From Nemertoderma westbladi (taxonomy: Eukaryota; Animalia; Xenacoelomorpha), in assembly GCA_032718475.1 (NCBI GenBank), contig JAUCBJ010005374.1, positions 34,147 through 98,146 of the forward strand: a stretch of DNA of 64,000 nt, read 5' to 3'. Positions 13,322-25,765 of this stretch are shown piece after piece. Numbering within the stretch: position 1 is the first letter of the stretch; every line of letters begins with the position of its first letter. A model generated the notes under the pieces. The model was given only the letters and a program-made list of their open reading frames with translations, ran no database searches and was not told the DNA's origin. Both the position numbers and the translations under genes were made by a program.

Positions 13322-16188
13322 TGACTTGCTGCAAATTGATATTAAATATAATAGTAGAAATGTACCGAACAACAAGAGTCCCACAAGAAATGAAAACAAA
13401 TAAGTTGGTGCCAGTTCCCAAGAAGGGCAACCTAACACTCTATGGTTATTTTCGGGGAATTTCATTGATCTCGATTGCTGCAAAGCTATACAATAGAATT
13501 CTATTAAATCGCATCAGGGATCCCATTGAGAGACTGCTCCGTGGAAATCAGAATGGGTTCCGTAAAGGTCGTGGGACCATGGAGCCCATTTTGGCACTTA
13601 GAAGGATAATTGAAGAGTTATCAAAAAAGAAAGACAGGCATCTGGCTGTTATCTTTGTTGACTTCTTCAAGGCCTTTGATTCAGTCTCTCGCTCACGTAT
13701 GTTCAGCATACTTTCATTATATGGGATACCTGATGAAATTATTGCAGCAATAAGATCAGTTAACGATGGTTCGACAACATTTGTGTCTACTGTTGATGGT
13801 GACACAGAACCATTTGAAGTGTTATGGGGCGTCCTCCAGGGAGACACACTTGCACCATTCTTGTTCATAATTATGGTTGACTATGTTCTACGCATGTCCT
13901 TATATTATCATAATGATGATGGGGTGATGATAACTCCACCTACTGGCTCCAGAAGTTGAGGAAATCCTGCCAAGTACCTAACTGATCTAGACTTTGCTGA
14001 TGAGTTAGGAGTACTCTCAGAATCACTAGATGGAGCCCAACGGCTCCTCGGCTCATTAGAACAGGCTGCTTCTAGTGTTGGTCTTTTTATTAACCCCAGA
14101 AAGACCAAAATTTTGACAGTTAACTTTGAAAGTCTTCAGCAAGTGTCTGACCGGCTGAGCATAAGCTCAAAAGATGGTATGCTTGAGCATGTGGATGACT
14201 TCTGTTACCTGGAATCATGGATCCGGAAGTCAGGTGAGGACCTTCGAATACGTAAGGGAAAGGCATGGGCAGCCTTGAATAGGCTTTCCAGGATTTGGAA
14301 GTCACCGAGAATTAATCGGAAACTTAAAGTCCGATTATTTAGAGCAGCAGTAGTTCCAGTACTCCTCTATGGGAGTCCATGCTGGGATCTAACTGCTGAG
14401 GACACCAAATCTCTGGATCGCACATTTACAAGAATGCTACGTCGGGTTCATTGTGTCAAGTACAATGCACACATATCCAACCAGACACTATATAACATTT
14501 GAGGTGTCTCATTGGTTCCCCTAAGCTTGACACTAGAACTTTGGCAGCCTCATGGAGTGAATATGCATGGTGGACAGCCCATGACTTTCTTGAGACGCAT
14601 CTTAACCCTATTAAACCCGGGGGGGGGGGGGTCAATATGACCTCCCCGTGGTTTTTTTATATTAATTCTGAAACACACGTAGTTGGGAATCTGAAATTTT
14701 ATGACTTTTCCTAAAAATCAATTGTCTTCCTAGTAGTGAAACCGTTTTAAAAAACATTGCGGAGTTTTCGAGTTATAGCACCATGTTTTAACCCTACTTT
14801 TGGCACCTTTTTTTGAGACGTTTTTTGAAAATTACACTTCATTAAATATGAATTGTAACATCTCTATTTTTTATTTACACCGGTTTTTTGGTGTTAGAAA
14901 TTGGATGGAATTCATATAAATTGATTTAAAAATTTCAAAATTGTTTTTTTCGGCGTGTGGCAATTTTTCGTGCCAGCACCAAATTTTGAAATATGTCAAG
15001 TTTGTAAATTGATTGTTTGAAAGTTGTTTTTTACGCAATTTTGGTTTTTTGGGGTTCTGGTTTCGATGAAATATATACGAGTTGCACCAAGCGTATCAAA
15101 CTTATATTTTTCGGTGAGGCTGTGTGCAAATTTTGGTGCTAGCACGAAATTTTGAAAATCCATTCAATGGATAAAATTGCTTGGTCTGTTCTGCTGTTCT
15201 GAATTCAATGGTATATATAATTACTGAACTAGACATCTCAAACTTGTATTTTTCGGAAGTGGGTGCAAAATGTTGTGCTAGCACCAAATTTTGAAAACCA
15301 TCAAATATATAAATTGATTGCGTCACCTTGTTTCTTGCGGTATACGGGTTTGTGAGGGTTCTGAATTCAATGGAATCAGTAAAAATTTCATAAGAGTTTT
15401 CGAACTTGTATTTTTCGCCGGTGGGTAAAAATTTTTGTGCCAGGAAAATATGCAATTTGATCAGTAGATAGATAGTATCATCTTGTTTCTTGCGTTATAC
15501 GGGTTTATGAGGGTTCTGAATCCGATGGAATCAATACAAACAGCACTGAACATCGCAAACTTGTACTTTTTGGTGATGGGTACGAAATTTGGTGCAAGCA
15601 CCAAAATTTGCCAAATTACGCCGAAAAATACAAGTAGCAATGATCTGGCATATTAGAAATGTATTCCATTAGAATCAGCGCCCTAGAAAACCTAAAAATG
15701 TGAATTTATAGCATCGTATAAGTGAATTAAAAATTATGTGTTCTAACTGAAATGAACTGGTTACTTGTTTTTTTCATTTTTTCCCTACGTAGAGAAGTCT
15801 AAACAGCCATTTATAGTAATCATATAATTTTTAAATATTTTCCAATGTATTTTGCGCCCCAGAAAACCTGTATTGAAAAACAATTAACCAAAAAATGTAA
15901 CTTTCAAATTTTGTGAAAATTGTGCACTACTTGTAATTTTGGTGCTGCAATATAACCACCCCAGTACATTTTTTCGAAAAAAATCCCCCCCCCCCCCCCC
16001 CCCGGTATTTGTACAACATTTTATAGCCCGGTACTAATAGGGTTAAAGGACACTGGCCTTGAAGATGCGGATGATATAGCAAATGTCATGGGTGATAGGG
16101 AGTTGTGGCGGTGCAATTTTGTCGACAAGCCGGCACAGGATTCTTAAAATGCAACTGCAATGCAGCATGCCGATCCTAGTAGTAGTAG
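13322..16188 (+). mobile_element. 5'-truncated RTE LINE R1, RT to (TAG)n tail, interrupted by a piggyBac-type MITE
   Basis: ORFs 13321-13959 and 14113-14502 (PVPKKG, FRGISL, QNGFRKGR, DFFKAFDSV, QGDTLAP). The 3' end resumes at 16043 and the tail CCTAGTAGTAGTAG is at 16175-16188. Confidence 0.92.
14606..16042. mobile_element. Non-autonomous piggyBac-type element (MITE) with ~126-bp internal tandem repeats
   Basis: TTAA TSD (14602-14605, 16043-16046) at the RTE site GCATC-TTAA-AGGAC. Termini CCCTATTAAACCCGGG / CCCGGTACTAATAGGG. No transposase. Confidence 0.9.
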
Positions 16189-16191
16189 TTG

Positions 16192-16767
16192 TGTGAGCGG
16201 ATTCAATTCCACCTCACCAACCCCATAAAGTTTGGAAGTGGCGTTTTAAGCAGTATTGGGGAATACGAGGTTAATCACAATTAGCCTCGCACCCCCAATA
16301 ACGGGCACAACATAAATCCCCAAAGAGCCACACAAAGGAGGTTAGAGGTCAAACCTCTTGGAGAGGGAAAGTAACAGCAGCGGGGGGGGGGGGGGGAGCA
16401 CTCCCACAGAGGTGGAGGCGAGAAGTGGGATAACAACCAATGGGAGAGGAGAGCATCCGCTAGGTACAGAGGCCAAGGTACTGTAGGATTAGCCAATGTA
16501 TATATTATATTGCATGCAGTAAAGTTATTCAGTTTACTCAGTCATCAGGTGCAGTACGGTGACATTTCGTACCGTCACCGCCACTACCGGTACTACATTT
16601 ATTTCTGCCTTTACATTTATTTCTCAACTGTGCTATTATATTATATTTGCGTCAGTTAGTCAAACGATATCAGAACAACAACTAGGTTTACCCTAACTAT
16701 TATCTTTTCACAACAACGCGGTGACGCGTGATGAAACAAAACCGGTCGGGATCCACTGATCCCGTCA
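16192..16767 (+). repeat. Family C 5' LTR (576 bp)
   Basis: Near-identical to 19857-20436. CCAAT at about 16493, TATA-like at 16499, TCAGT initiator-like motifs at about 16529-16542. Confidence 0.85.
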
Positions 16768-19318
16768 GAGTACGAAATACAAAGAACTGCAAAACTGTTA
16801 CTGCCAGCCACCAAGACTCAGTAGAAAGTTAAAGATGAGAGCGGAGCCCCAAAATCTAGAGGGAGAGACGACACCGCCGCGGACCCCAGACAATACCAAC
16901 GAAACGATCCATGAGGCCGCGACACGACGGTATCGACCCGCAACGCCGGACTCACCGGAAAGAAACGATCTGGCAGCCCAAGGGTGAGGAGGAATCGACG
17001 CACGACGGCGGTCGACGTGCCGATGTCACCGGCCAGCCACAAGCTGAGGGCGACGGACGGCCCACCAGAACGGCGACGGTGGGGCCGCCGGTACAACGCC
17101 GAACCAGGAGGGGAGGAGGAGAGGTCGGCGACGAGGACATCGGAACCAGTGACCGGCTCCGACGAGCCTACAACGCGACAAAGAAACAGCTTAAAGAGGC
17201 TAGAGAAGGAGTAAAGGTAGACCAGAAAAGGTTAAACCAGCGACTAGGTGAGTCGAATAAACACTTTAGCTACCTAGTTCGCTTCAGGCAGGGAGAACTA
17301 GCCAGTGAGAGAGCGAGGGGGGTCGCCACCGAACTATTTGAACTGTGGCGATCCGGGATAATGGAGCCCCAGATAGTGTACATAGGGCCATATTTAGTGG
17401 ATGCTAGGGGAATTAAGTTAGTGGGTTGGGCAGACCCGCACGAGGGCGAATCCGAGATTAACCCCGAGGATTCAGTCTCATCAGTTAGCGAGAACCCCAG
17501 AAAGCGGGGGAAAGTTAGTAGGACAGAGAGGCGACGGGAGTCCGTCGCGACCAACAAGTCCGCTACATCCTCCGCAAAAGCAAGAAGGGTGTTAGAAATA
17601 GATCGGGCGTGTCAATTGGACATGGTGGCACTAGACCAGAAAGAATTAGAGAGGCAGTTGGAAGAGGGAACTGCATTGTTAGAAAGAGAGAGAGAACTGG
17701 CGAGAGAGAATAAAGAGAGGGCTGAGAGCGAGAAACTTTAGAGAGTGTGAGGAGATAGAAAAAATGGAAGGAAAGGAGTGAGAAGAGCGAGGGGCGAGCG
17801 AGCGAAAAGAGCGTGAGGCAAGGCGGCTTGAGAGGATTGCGAGAGAGGCGGAGCTGGCCGAGCAGAGTCTGCGAGAGGATAGGGAGAGAGAGAGAACGGG
17901 AAAGCGTGTGCTGGATGATATGCACGCCCGGCTGAGGGGGCTTATGCAATATCAGGCCAAACAAAAATGCCGATTAGAACTGGCGCAGTTGGGGCTATCA
18001 GAGAGTGACGCTGGCTCGGGTAGTGTTTACGAGGAGACGGAAGTTATGGAAACGTTTGTTAATACCCCACTTACAGGGACCGGATGACAGACCCAAGACT
18101 GGTGTAACCGTACGGGCGGGGGGGGGGGGGGGGGTAATAACAAAACATTAGAAAACGTTAACATTAATAGTACCGTAGTAGATAACCCTAATCAAACTTT
18201 CATTGCAGGAAATAATATTTTGCCCGATAATAGTAATTTAAATCCGAACGGTCCTTATTTAAATCTAGGAAATAATTCAAATAATAATCTAGATCCGAAT
18301 ATACAAAATAATTCAAATAATTTAAATTTAAATATGCAAAATAATCTAAATAATAATCTTAATTCAAACGAACAAAATAACCCCAACTCTAACCAAAATA
18401 TACAAAATAATTCAAATAATAATCCGAATTCAGAGAATAATTCTAATAATTTAAATAATTTAGATAATAGTATTGATACTGGTGCTATTAATATGAACGC
18501 GGCAGATGTAGGTGGTCCGACCAGCGGGGGCATGGTAGGCCACATAGCTAGTACGCAAGGAGTAACGGGGGTGAGAGACCCCGATGGGAGCCTGGTAGGC
18601 TACATAGTTAATACGCAGGGAGTAGCGAGGGTGAGTCAACCCGACGGGAGCCTGCCAGGCCACGTAGTGATAGAGGGAGAGGCGGGGGTGAATGGACCCA
18701 GCCGCAGTAGAGTTAGTGCGTCGACTTGAGAAGGGCGTAGAAGCGAAGTGAGAGATAGTGAAGTGATAGGTGGCGAGTGGGGGGGGGGCTACAGGAGCCC
18801 CACAAGAAGAGATTAGCGGCGAGAGGGGGGGGGGCAGAGAGTGCCCCACAGGCGTCGGCGGACAATGCGCGGGGCGGACTAGGCGAACCGCAGCACCAGG
18901 CGACGGAGAATAGTAGGGGGGCTACGAATATCCCCAGTGGCGTGCGACCGAGTAGAGAGATAGAGGTTGGCGTTGCGAGAGGGCGAGCGACGAGACGTCG
19001 AGCCCAGTCAGAAGAGGGAAGAAGAACAGTGGAGTTTAACCGGGAGGTCGACGAGAGATCTCACGAGCGGGGATGCTACACTACAGAGAGAAGAAGAGAA
19101 GAGTGTAGAAGAAGTGTCGTTGCGAGCGACAGGAGAGCGAGGACGGATAGCGAGCCGTCGGTAGTAGAGATGGAGTTGGAGAGTCGGTGGGGTCGAACTC
19201 CGGGAGATTGCCGTCGTCCCTGAGAGACGCGACCTGGCTAGGTGTACTATATGCCGAGAGAGGGCTACAGGGCGTACCGGTACGAGGACGAGAATAGGAG
19301 AGGGGATTGAAGAGAAAC
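16192..19318 (+). mobile_element. LTR retrotransposon family C (probably BEL/Pao): 5' LTR plus truncated, frameshifted gag
   Basis: LTR TGTGAGCGG...CCCGTCA preceded by AGTTG. ORFs 16911-17741, 18220-18729 and 18777-19223 have an EINPEDSVSSVS..SSAKARR motif and a coiled coil like BEL Gag N-termini, then an Asn-rich segment. No pol remains, so the superfamily call is inferred. Confidence 0.7.
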
Positions 19319-20432
19319 TTAGAAATGTATTCCATTAGAATCAGCGCCCTAGAAAACCTGAAAATGTGAATTTATAGCATCGTATAAGTGAATTAAAAAT
19401 TATGTGTTCTAACTGAAATGAACTGGTTACTTGTTTTTTTCATTTTTTCCCTACACAGAGAAGTCTAAACAGCCATTTATAGTAATCATATAATTTTTAA
19501 ATATTTTCCAATGTATTTTGCGCCCCAGAAAACCTGTATTGAAAATCAATTAACCGAAAAATGTAACTTTCAAATTTTGTGAAAATTGTGCACTAATTGT
19601 AATTTTGGTGCTGCAATATAACCACCCCAGTACATTTTTTCGAAAAAAATCCCCCCCCCCCCCGGTAGGTATTTGTACAACATTTTATAGCCCGGTACTA
19701 ATAGGGTTAAAGGACACTGGCCTTGAAGATGCGGATGATATAGCAAATGTCATGGGTGATAGGGAGTTGTGGCGGTGCAATTTTGTCGACAAGCCAGCAC
19801 AGGATTCTTAAAAATGCAGCTGCAATGCAGCATGCCGATCCTAGTAGTAGTAGTTGTGTGAGCGGATTCAATTCCACCTCACCAACCCCATAAAGTTTGG
19901 AAGTGGCGTTTTAAGCAGTATTGGGGAATACGAGGTTAATCACAATTAGCCTCGCACCCCCAATAATGGGCACAACATAAAGCCCCAAAGAGCCACACAA
20001 AGGAGGTTAGAGGTCAAACCTCTTGGAGAGGGAAAGTAACAGCAGTGGGGGGGGGGGGGGGAAAGCACTCCCACAGAGGTGGAGGCGAGAAGTGGGATAA
20101 CAACCAATGGGAGAGGAGAGCATCCGCTAGGTACAGAGGCCAAGGTACTGTAGGATTAGCCAATGTATATATTATATTGCATGCAGTAAAGTTATTCAGT
20201 TTACTCAGTCATCAGGTGCAGTACGGTGACATTTCGTACCGTCACCGCCACTACCGGTACTGCATTTATTTCTGCCTTTACATTTATTTCTCAACTGTGC
20301 TATTATATTATATTTGCGTCAGTTAGTCAAACGATATCAGAACAACAACTAGGTTTACCCTAACTATTATCTTTTCACAACAACGCGGTGATGCGTGACG
20401 AAACAAAACCGGTCGGGATCCACTGATCCCGT
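19319..20432 (+). repeat. ~1.1-kb direct segmental duplication of 15653-16765
   Basis: Same order of piggyBac right end, TTAA, RTE 3' end, (TAG)n tail and LTR C, with few substitutions. Confidence 0.92.
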
Positions 20433-20436
20433 GACA
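19857..20436 (+). mobile_element. Solo LTR, family C
   Basis: TG...CA ends (TGTGAG...GTGACA) flanked by TSD AGTTG (19852-19856, 20437-20441). Confidence 0.88.
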
Positions 20437-20899
20437 AGTTGTTACGTGCTACTGTAAGACTATTGTACTGATAGCTAGTCTGGTTGCTTATCTCGAATTT
20501 TGGTTGCAAGGTTACGACAACTTCTCCTATCAGTACGTACATCAGTAATTGTAGGCAGTGCTGTTCAACTAATTTTGTAGTGACAATTTAACTAAACCCA
20601 ACTAAATAATTAAAAATGCCTATTTAACTAACTTTTTCAACTAATTATCAGGTGTCTAGTTAAATAAAAGTTAACTAAAATTAACTAAAACACAATTTTG
20701 AAAAATTCATGTAACCATAGCAACGGGTTGTTATACAACAATTACAGTACTATAGCCTGATAGCTGTAGGTGTAGGTTTAGGTTAGCGGTAGGTACTTTA
20801 GCACTACTGCACTAGAAGTAGAACAAGGCAACCATGGCCTCTGATAGGGTGATAGGTAAACGGCAAATAGGCCTTTGATAGAGAGGCCATTACTTTTAA

Positions 20900-22197
20900 C
20901 CCTATTAGTACCGGGCTATAAAATGTTGTACAAATACCGAGGGGGGGTCATATTGACCCCCCCCCCCCCCTCTAAAATCTACAAATTTTTACGAAAACGT
21001 CTGATTTTTTGTTTGTACGTTTTATTTGAAAGTTACATTTTTCGTCTAATTGTTTTTCAGTACAGGTTTTCTGGGGCGCAAAATACATTGGAAAATATTT
21101 AAAAATGATATGATTACTATAAATGGCTGTTTAGTCCTCTCTGCGTAGGAAAAAAATGAAAAAAACAAGTAACCAGCACTTTTCAGTTAGAACACAAAAT
21201 TTTTAATTCACTTATACGATGCTATAAATTCACATTTTCAGGTTTTCTAGGGCGCTGATTCTAATGGAATACATTTCTAAAATGCCCCATCATTGCTACT
21301 TGTATTTTTCGGCGTAATTTGGCAAATTTTGGTGCTAGGACCAAATTTCGTACCCATCACCAAAAAGTACAAGTTTGCGATGTCCAGTGCTGTTTTTATT
21401 GATTCCATCGGATTCAGGACCCTCATAAACCCGTATAACGCAATAAACAAGATGATACTATCTACTGATCAATTTGCTTATTTTCCAAAATTTGGTGCTG
21501 GCACAACAATTTTCACCCACCGGCGAAAAATACAAGTTTGAAAACTCTTATGAAATTTTTACTGATTCCATTGAATTCAGAACCCTCACAAACCCGTATA
21601 ACGCAAGAAACAAGGTGACACAATCAATTTATATATTTGATGGTTTTCAAAATTTGGTGCTAGCACCACATTTTGCACCCACTTCCGAAAAATACAAGTT
21701 TGAGATGCCTAGTTCGAAAATTATATATTCCATTCAATTCAGAATAGCTATAAACCTCTAAAACGCAAGAAATAAATTGTCACAAACAATTTTATCAATT
21801 GAATAGATTTTCAAAATTTCGTGCTAGCACCAAAATTTGCACCCACCACCGAAAAATACAAGTTTGATACGCTTGGTGCAACTCGTATATATTTCATCGA
21901 AACCAGATCCCCAAAAAACCCCAATTGCGTAAAAAACAAGTTTCACCCAATCAATTTACAAAATTGACATATTTCAAAATTTGGTGCTGGCACCAAAAAT
22001 TGGCACCCGCCGAAAAAAACAAGTTTGAAACTTCTAAATCAATTTATATGAATGCCATCCAATTTCTAACACCAAAAAACCGGTGTAAATCAAAAATAGA
22101 GATGTTACAATTCATATTTAATGAAATGTAATTTTCAAAAAACGTCTCAAAAAAAGTGCCAAAAGTAGGGTTAAAAAATGGTGCTATAACTCGAAAA
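20900..22197. mobile_element. piggyBac-type MITE copy, inverted relative to 14606-16042, truncated at the right end
   Basis: TTAA (20896-20899) then CCCTATTAGTACCGGG. Reverse-complement homology continues to ...GGTGCTATAACTCGAAAA. Confidence 0.88.
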
Positions 22198-24440
22198 GTA
22201 CATAAAAACAATTACGCTAAACTGGCCGTGAGTCCAAAACACTCACTTTTTGATCCCAAAACTACTTGCCGAAAGATATGCAGTGGAGAATTAGTAAGAG
22301 AGTGAGAAGTCAATTGGAGGACACAACTTATTGAAACAAGACCATGTTAAAATTAAAAAAGGAAGGCTCGCAAGTCTGCCATCCCTTTTATTCCCTTAAT
22401 TAGTCCCCACCCGACTGTACCCTATAATCCATCCACTGGAGAATCAATTTTCCTAATTTTTTCTAAATCCAAAATGGATTGTCTGAATCTTTTTTGAAAA
22501 TTTCTCTCAATAGTGAGTTCCAAGTAGAATTCCATTCCCTTATACACATAAACCCGCTCCTATGTGATACATAAGGGACAAGGGTACTACAATGAAATTC
22601 CACTACTGTCTTTACACTACAGTGTACAAGTACATGGAAAACTATTTGGCAACCACCAAAGTTCCACATCTTATTTACTTACATGGTTTAAGTGGAGACT
22701 TATAATCTCCAGTCTCATTACGAGTCTCTTCAAGAAGTATGAGTGGCTGAATTGGTCTGTCTACAGTACGACCGTCAATGGTTTGCACAGTCACAGTTCG
22801 TATTACCCCATCCAGTCATGGGTATGTATGTAGTCAATATGACACCACTCATCCAAAACCGTCTCTTTAGGTTCACTTCCGCTAAAAGTACATGATCACC
22901 CGACTTTAAAGAGTGGGTGTTATTGTACCACATAGTTCTGGCAGAGGTAGAGGGCAAATAATTATTCTGCCATACTTCCCAGAACTTGTTTGCTACCTGC
23001 TGCGTGATTTTCCACGCTATACGACCGTCGACCGTAGCTGTCACTGTCTACTGGAACAGAAGTAGGCATTAATGTAGTTGGTGCCTGCATAAGCAGGTGT
23101 CAAGGCAAACTGAGCTTGTTTGTCATCAGGTACTAATACGATGAGTCTAGTATTCAAAATGGCCTCGATTTCAATAATCTAGGTAGACAGTTGGTCGTCT
23201 GTCAGGATGTGATGCACTGGAATGATGGATGCACTGGACTGGATGCACCGTTTTTATAGACCCTATCAGTCTCTCCCAAACCACGCCTCTCCATAGACTA
23301 TATATGGAGGGTTGAACTTCCAGACAATCTTGTAAGGACGTAGTTCACCTGAGATCTGATCATGATCAAATTTCTTGGAAGCTCTGGCAATCTCATTTCG
23401 AGCACCGACAAAGTTTGTACCTTGATCTGAATATAAACATTTTACAAGGCCACGTCTGGCGATAATTCGCCGTAGTGCAAGTATAAAGGCGTTAGTGGAA
23501 TGATCTACGTCCGATATGAACTGCCCTACTGGACATACATGTGAATATCACTCCCCAACGTTTTACTTGTATGTATCCACGTTTTGTGTCAATGGGACCA
23601 AAGCAATCAATCCCTGTCTCAGTGAAAGGAGGTCTGAATGCTCGTAGTCGCGCTTGTGGTAGTTCACTCATCTCGTGGGTTCCTATTCTAGAATGTACTT
23701 TCTTACAAGTAATACAATTACGCGCCACTAAACTCACTATATATTATCGGACTCCAACTCAGTATTGGTGACGACTTGATTGGCTGACCTTGGTTGATAG
23801 ATGTGAATTCACGTGTGAAATATCGCAATTGGTAATGTCGAATTAATTCAATTTCACATTTGTCAATCCCAGTCATGGTAAGCCGACGTGTAAAGTCACG
23901 TTTGCCTTTGCCATATTGTCTCAATCATTTGAGCCACGCCAATTTACGGCAAGCGTCCGTCCAAGATTCTGTAAGGTTGACTATACGATCGACGTAATTG
24001 TTAGTGATGTCATCAGGTAAGTTAAATGTTTTTGGTGGAGACTTAGATATACGAGGTGGGCCCGCGGGTCTGACGGTAAGTGTTTCCTTCTTAGTTGTTG
24101 ATCCGTCCGGGTCTACAAATGTTTTATCATCCTTCACCTTCTTACCTTGTTTATCGGTACTCTGTGAGTCGATCTGTAATGGTGGTTTAAATTCGACGGA
24201 GTCATTGGGTTTCGGTAGGCTTGCTTGTTTGCCGATATTAGTCCCATATTATACCGTAGGTTGTAATGTTGGTATATCTCTTGAGCGTAAAGTGACACCC
24301 GTATTTACATCTGGATGGTTACTACCCACATCTGCAATACATTTAGTCTCACCGTAGTCATGGTGACTCAAGGATGTCAAGGTAGGTAACACATTAGCAT
24401 TACTTAGTTGGTCAGTACTATGCCGCTCCAATAGAGTAAC

Positions 24441-25687
24441 TGTTCGCGCTTTCAGACCTTTAGCAGTTTAACCTGCCAATTTTAGGTGTCCTCTTGTTTA
24501 TAAATCGACTTTAACCTATAACAATTATTTAATGCACATGAAGTAACATTAGCCGAAGCCAGTCTATGCGTGATCATTCACCCACAGTTAAGGGAGACTG
24601 GATTCGGATGCTTTGACCTTATTGCGTTGCAGACCTACTGTATTATTCGATTGGTTGTTACTATATAATCTCTGACAATATTATTCACTTTCAGGGAAAT
24701 ATTAACAGTTCCTATAGGACGTGGCGCTTTAAGTATAAAACAGAGTTATGACTTATACTAAACACAATGAGATGGCTACTGATTTTCGTAAATAGCGCAT
24801 TCTTTAGGAGATGCTTTATTATCTGTCACACTGCTGCATACGATTTCACACTGCTGCACACTGATCTGCCGACCGTCACTGAATTTGATCATATATAAGG
24901 AGGATAGCAACTGACACATGTAGGGATTATGAAATAGCATTTAATGCACACTAAAACCACTGTAATGTAAGTCGCAATTGCTACCGGTAACCGGTCCCTC
25001 TAACCTTTAGTAATCAAGAAGATTGGGGGGTTTTATGATTATTTATCGATATTCTCCAAATATAACAACATATCCATCAACATATAACCATTAATAACAG
25101 ACAGTAAACAGAAGTAAAATAATGCGGTGATAGTCAGACAGTTGACGACCAGTTTGTTGCACAGTTGCGCAGTGCAGGTGATCGGTTGACAAGTTGACAG
25201 GTGCAGTGTCGGTAGTACCGGTACCGCAGTTGGTAGGTGCAGCCAGGTGCAGAGATAATAGATTTACGTTCTTGTAATCAAAGCCGTCTAATGTTGGCCA
25301 AAGTCTGAAACTTCTAACACAGAAGTACAGAATAATTTCCAAGCAGTTGTTCTCGCTCAGAAAGGTAAACAAAGACAGTCATGCATTGCGTGGTTTTCCG
25401 TAGGCCTCTGTGCAAAATAAAATGAAAATCGCTCTGATTGGTCGAGCGAGCCGAACAAAGAAAGTTAAGAAAGCTCCACATTGACAGCAAATCAGCTGAC
25501 AGATATCGTCATCTGAACTACACTCTATTTAGAGTATTTGGCGTATTGCGGCATAAAATGGCTTGTTATGTCCGCTAAAACACCTACAGGGTACATTGCG
25601 GAGAAAATGGCTTGTTATGTCCGCTAAAACAACTAAACAGTTCATTGCGGAGAAAAATGACTGGTTGTATCCGCAAAAGCTTTTACA
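24441..25687 (-). repeat. Element A 3' LTR (1247 bp)
   Basis: Differs from the 5' LTR by about 16 substitutions and one 3-bp indel (manual count). Confidence 0.97.
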
Positions 25688-25765
25688 CCGCTCCCAGAAA
25701 ATGGGATTTAATTCTATAAAATATAAAAAATCACAGTTTCTAAAATATAAAAATACTCTAAACAG

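Noticed and set aside
24423-25695. CCGCTCC occurs both near the target site and at element A's purine tract
   Set aside because: Only 7-8 bp, and absent at the other insertion sites of the family; likely chance.
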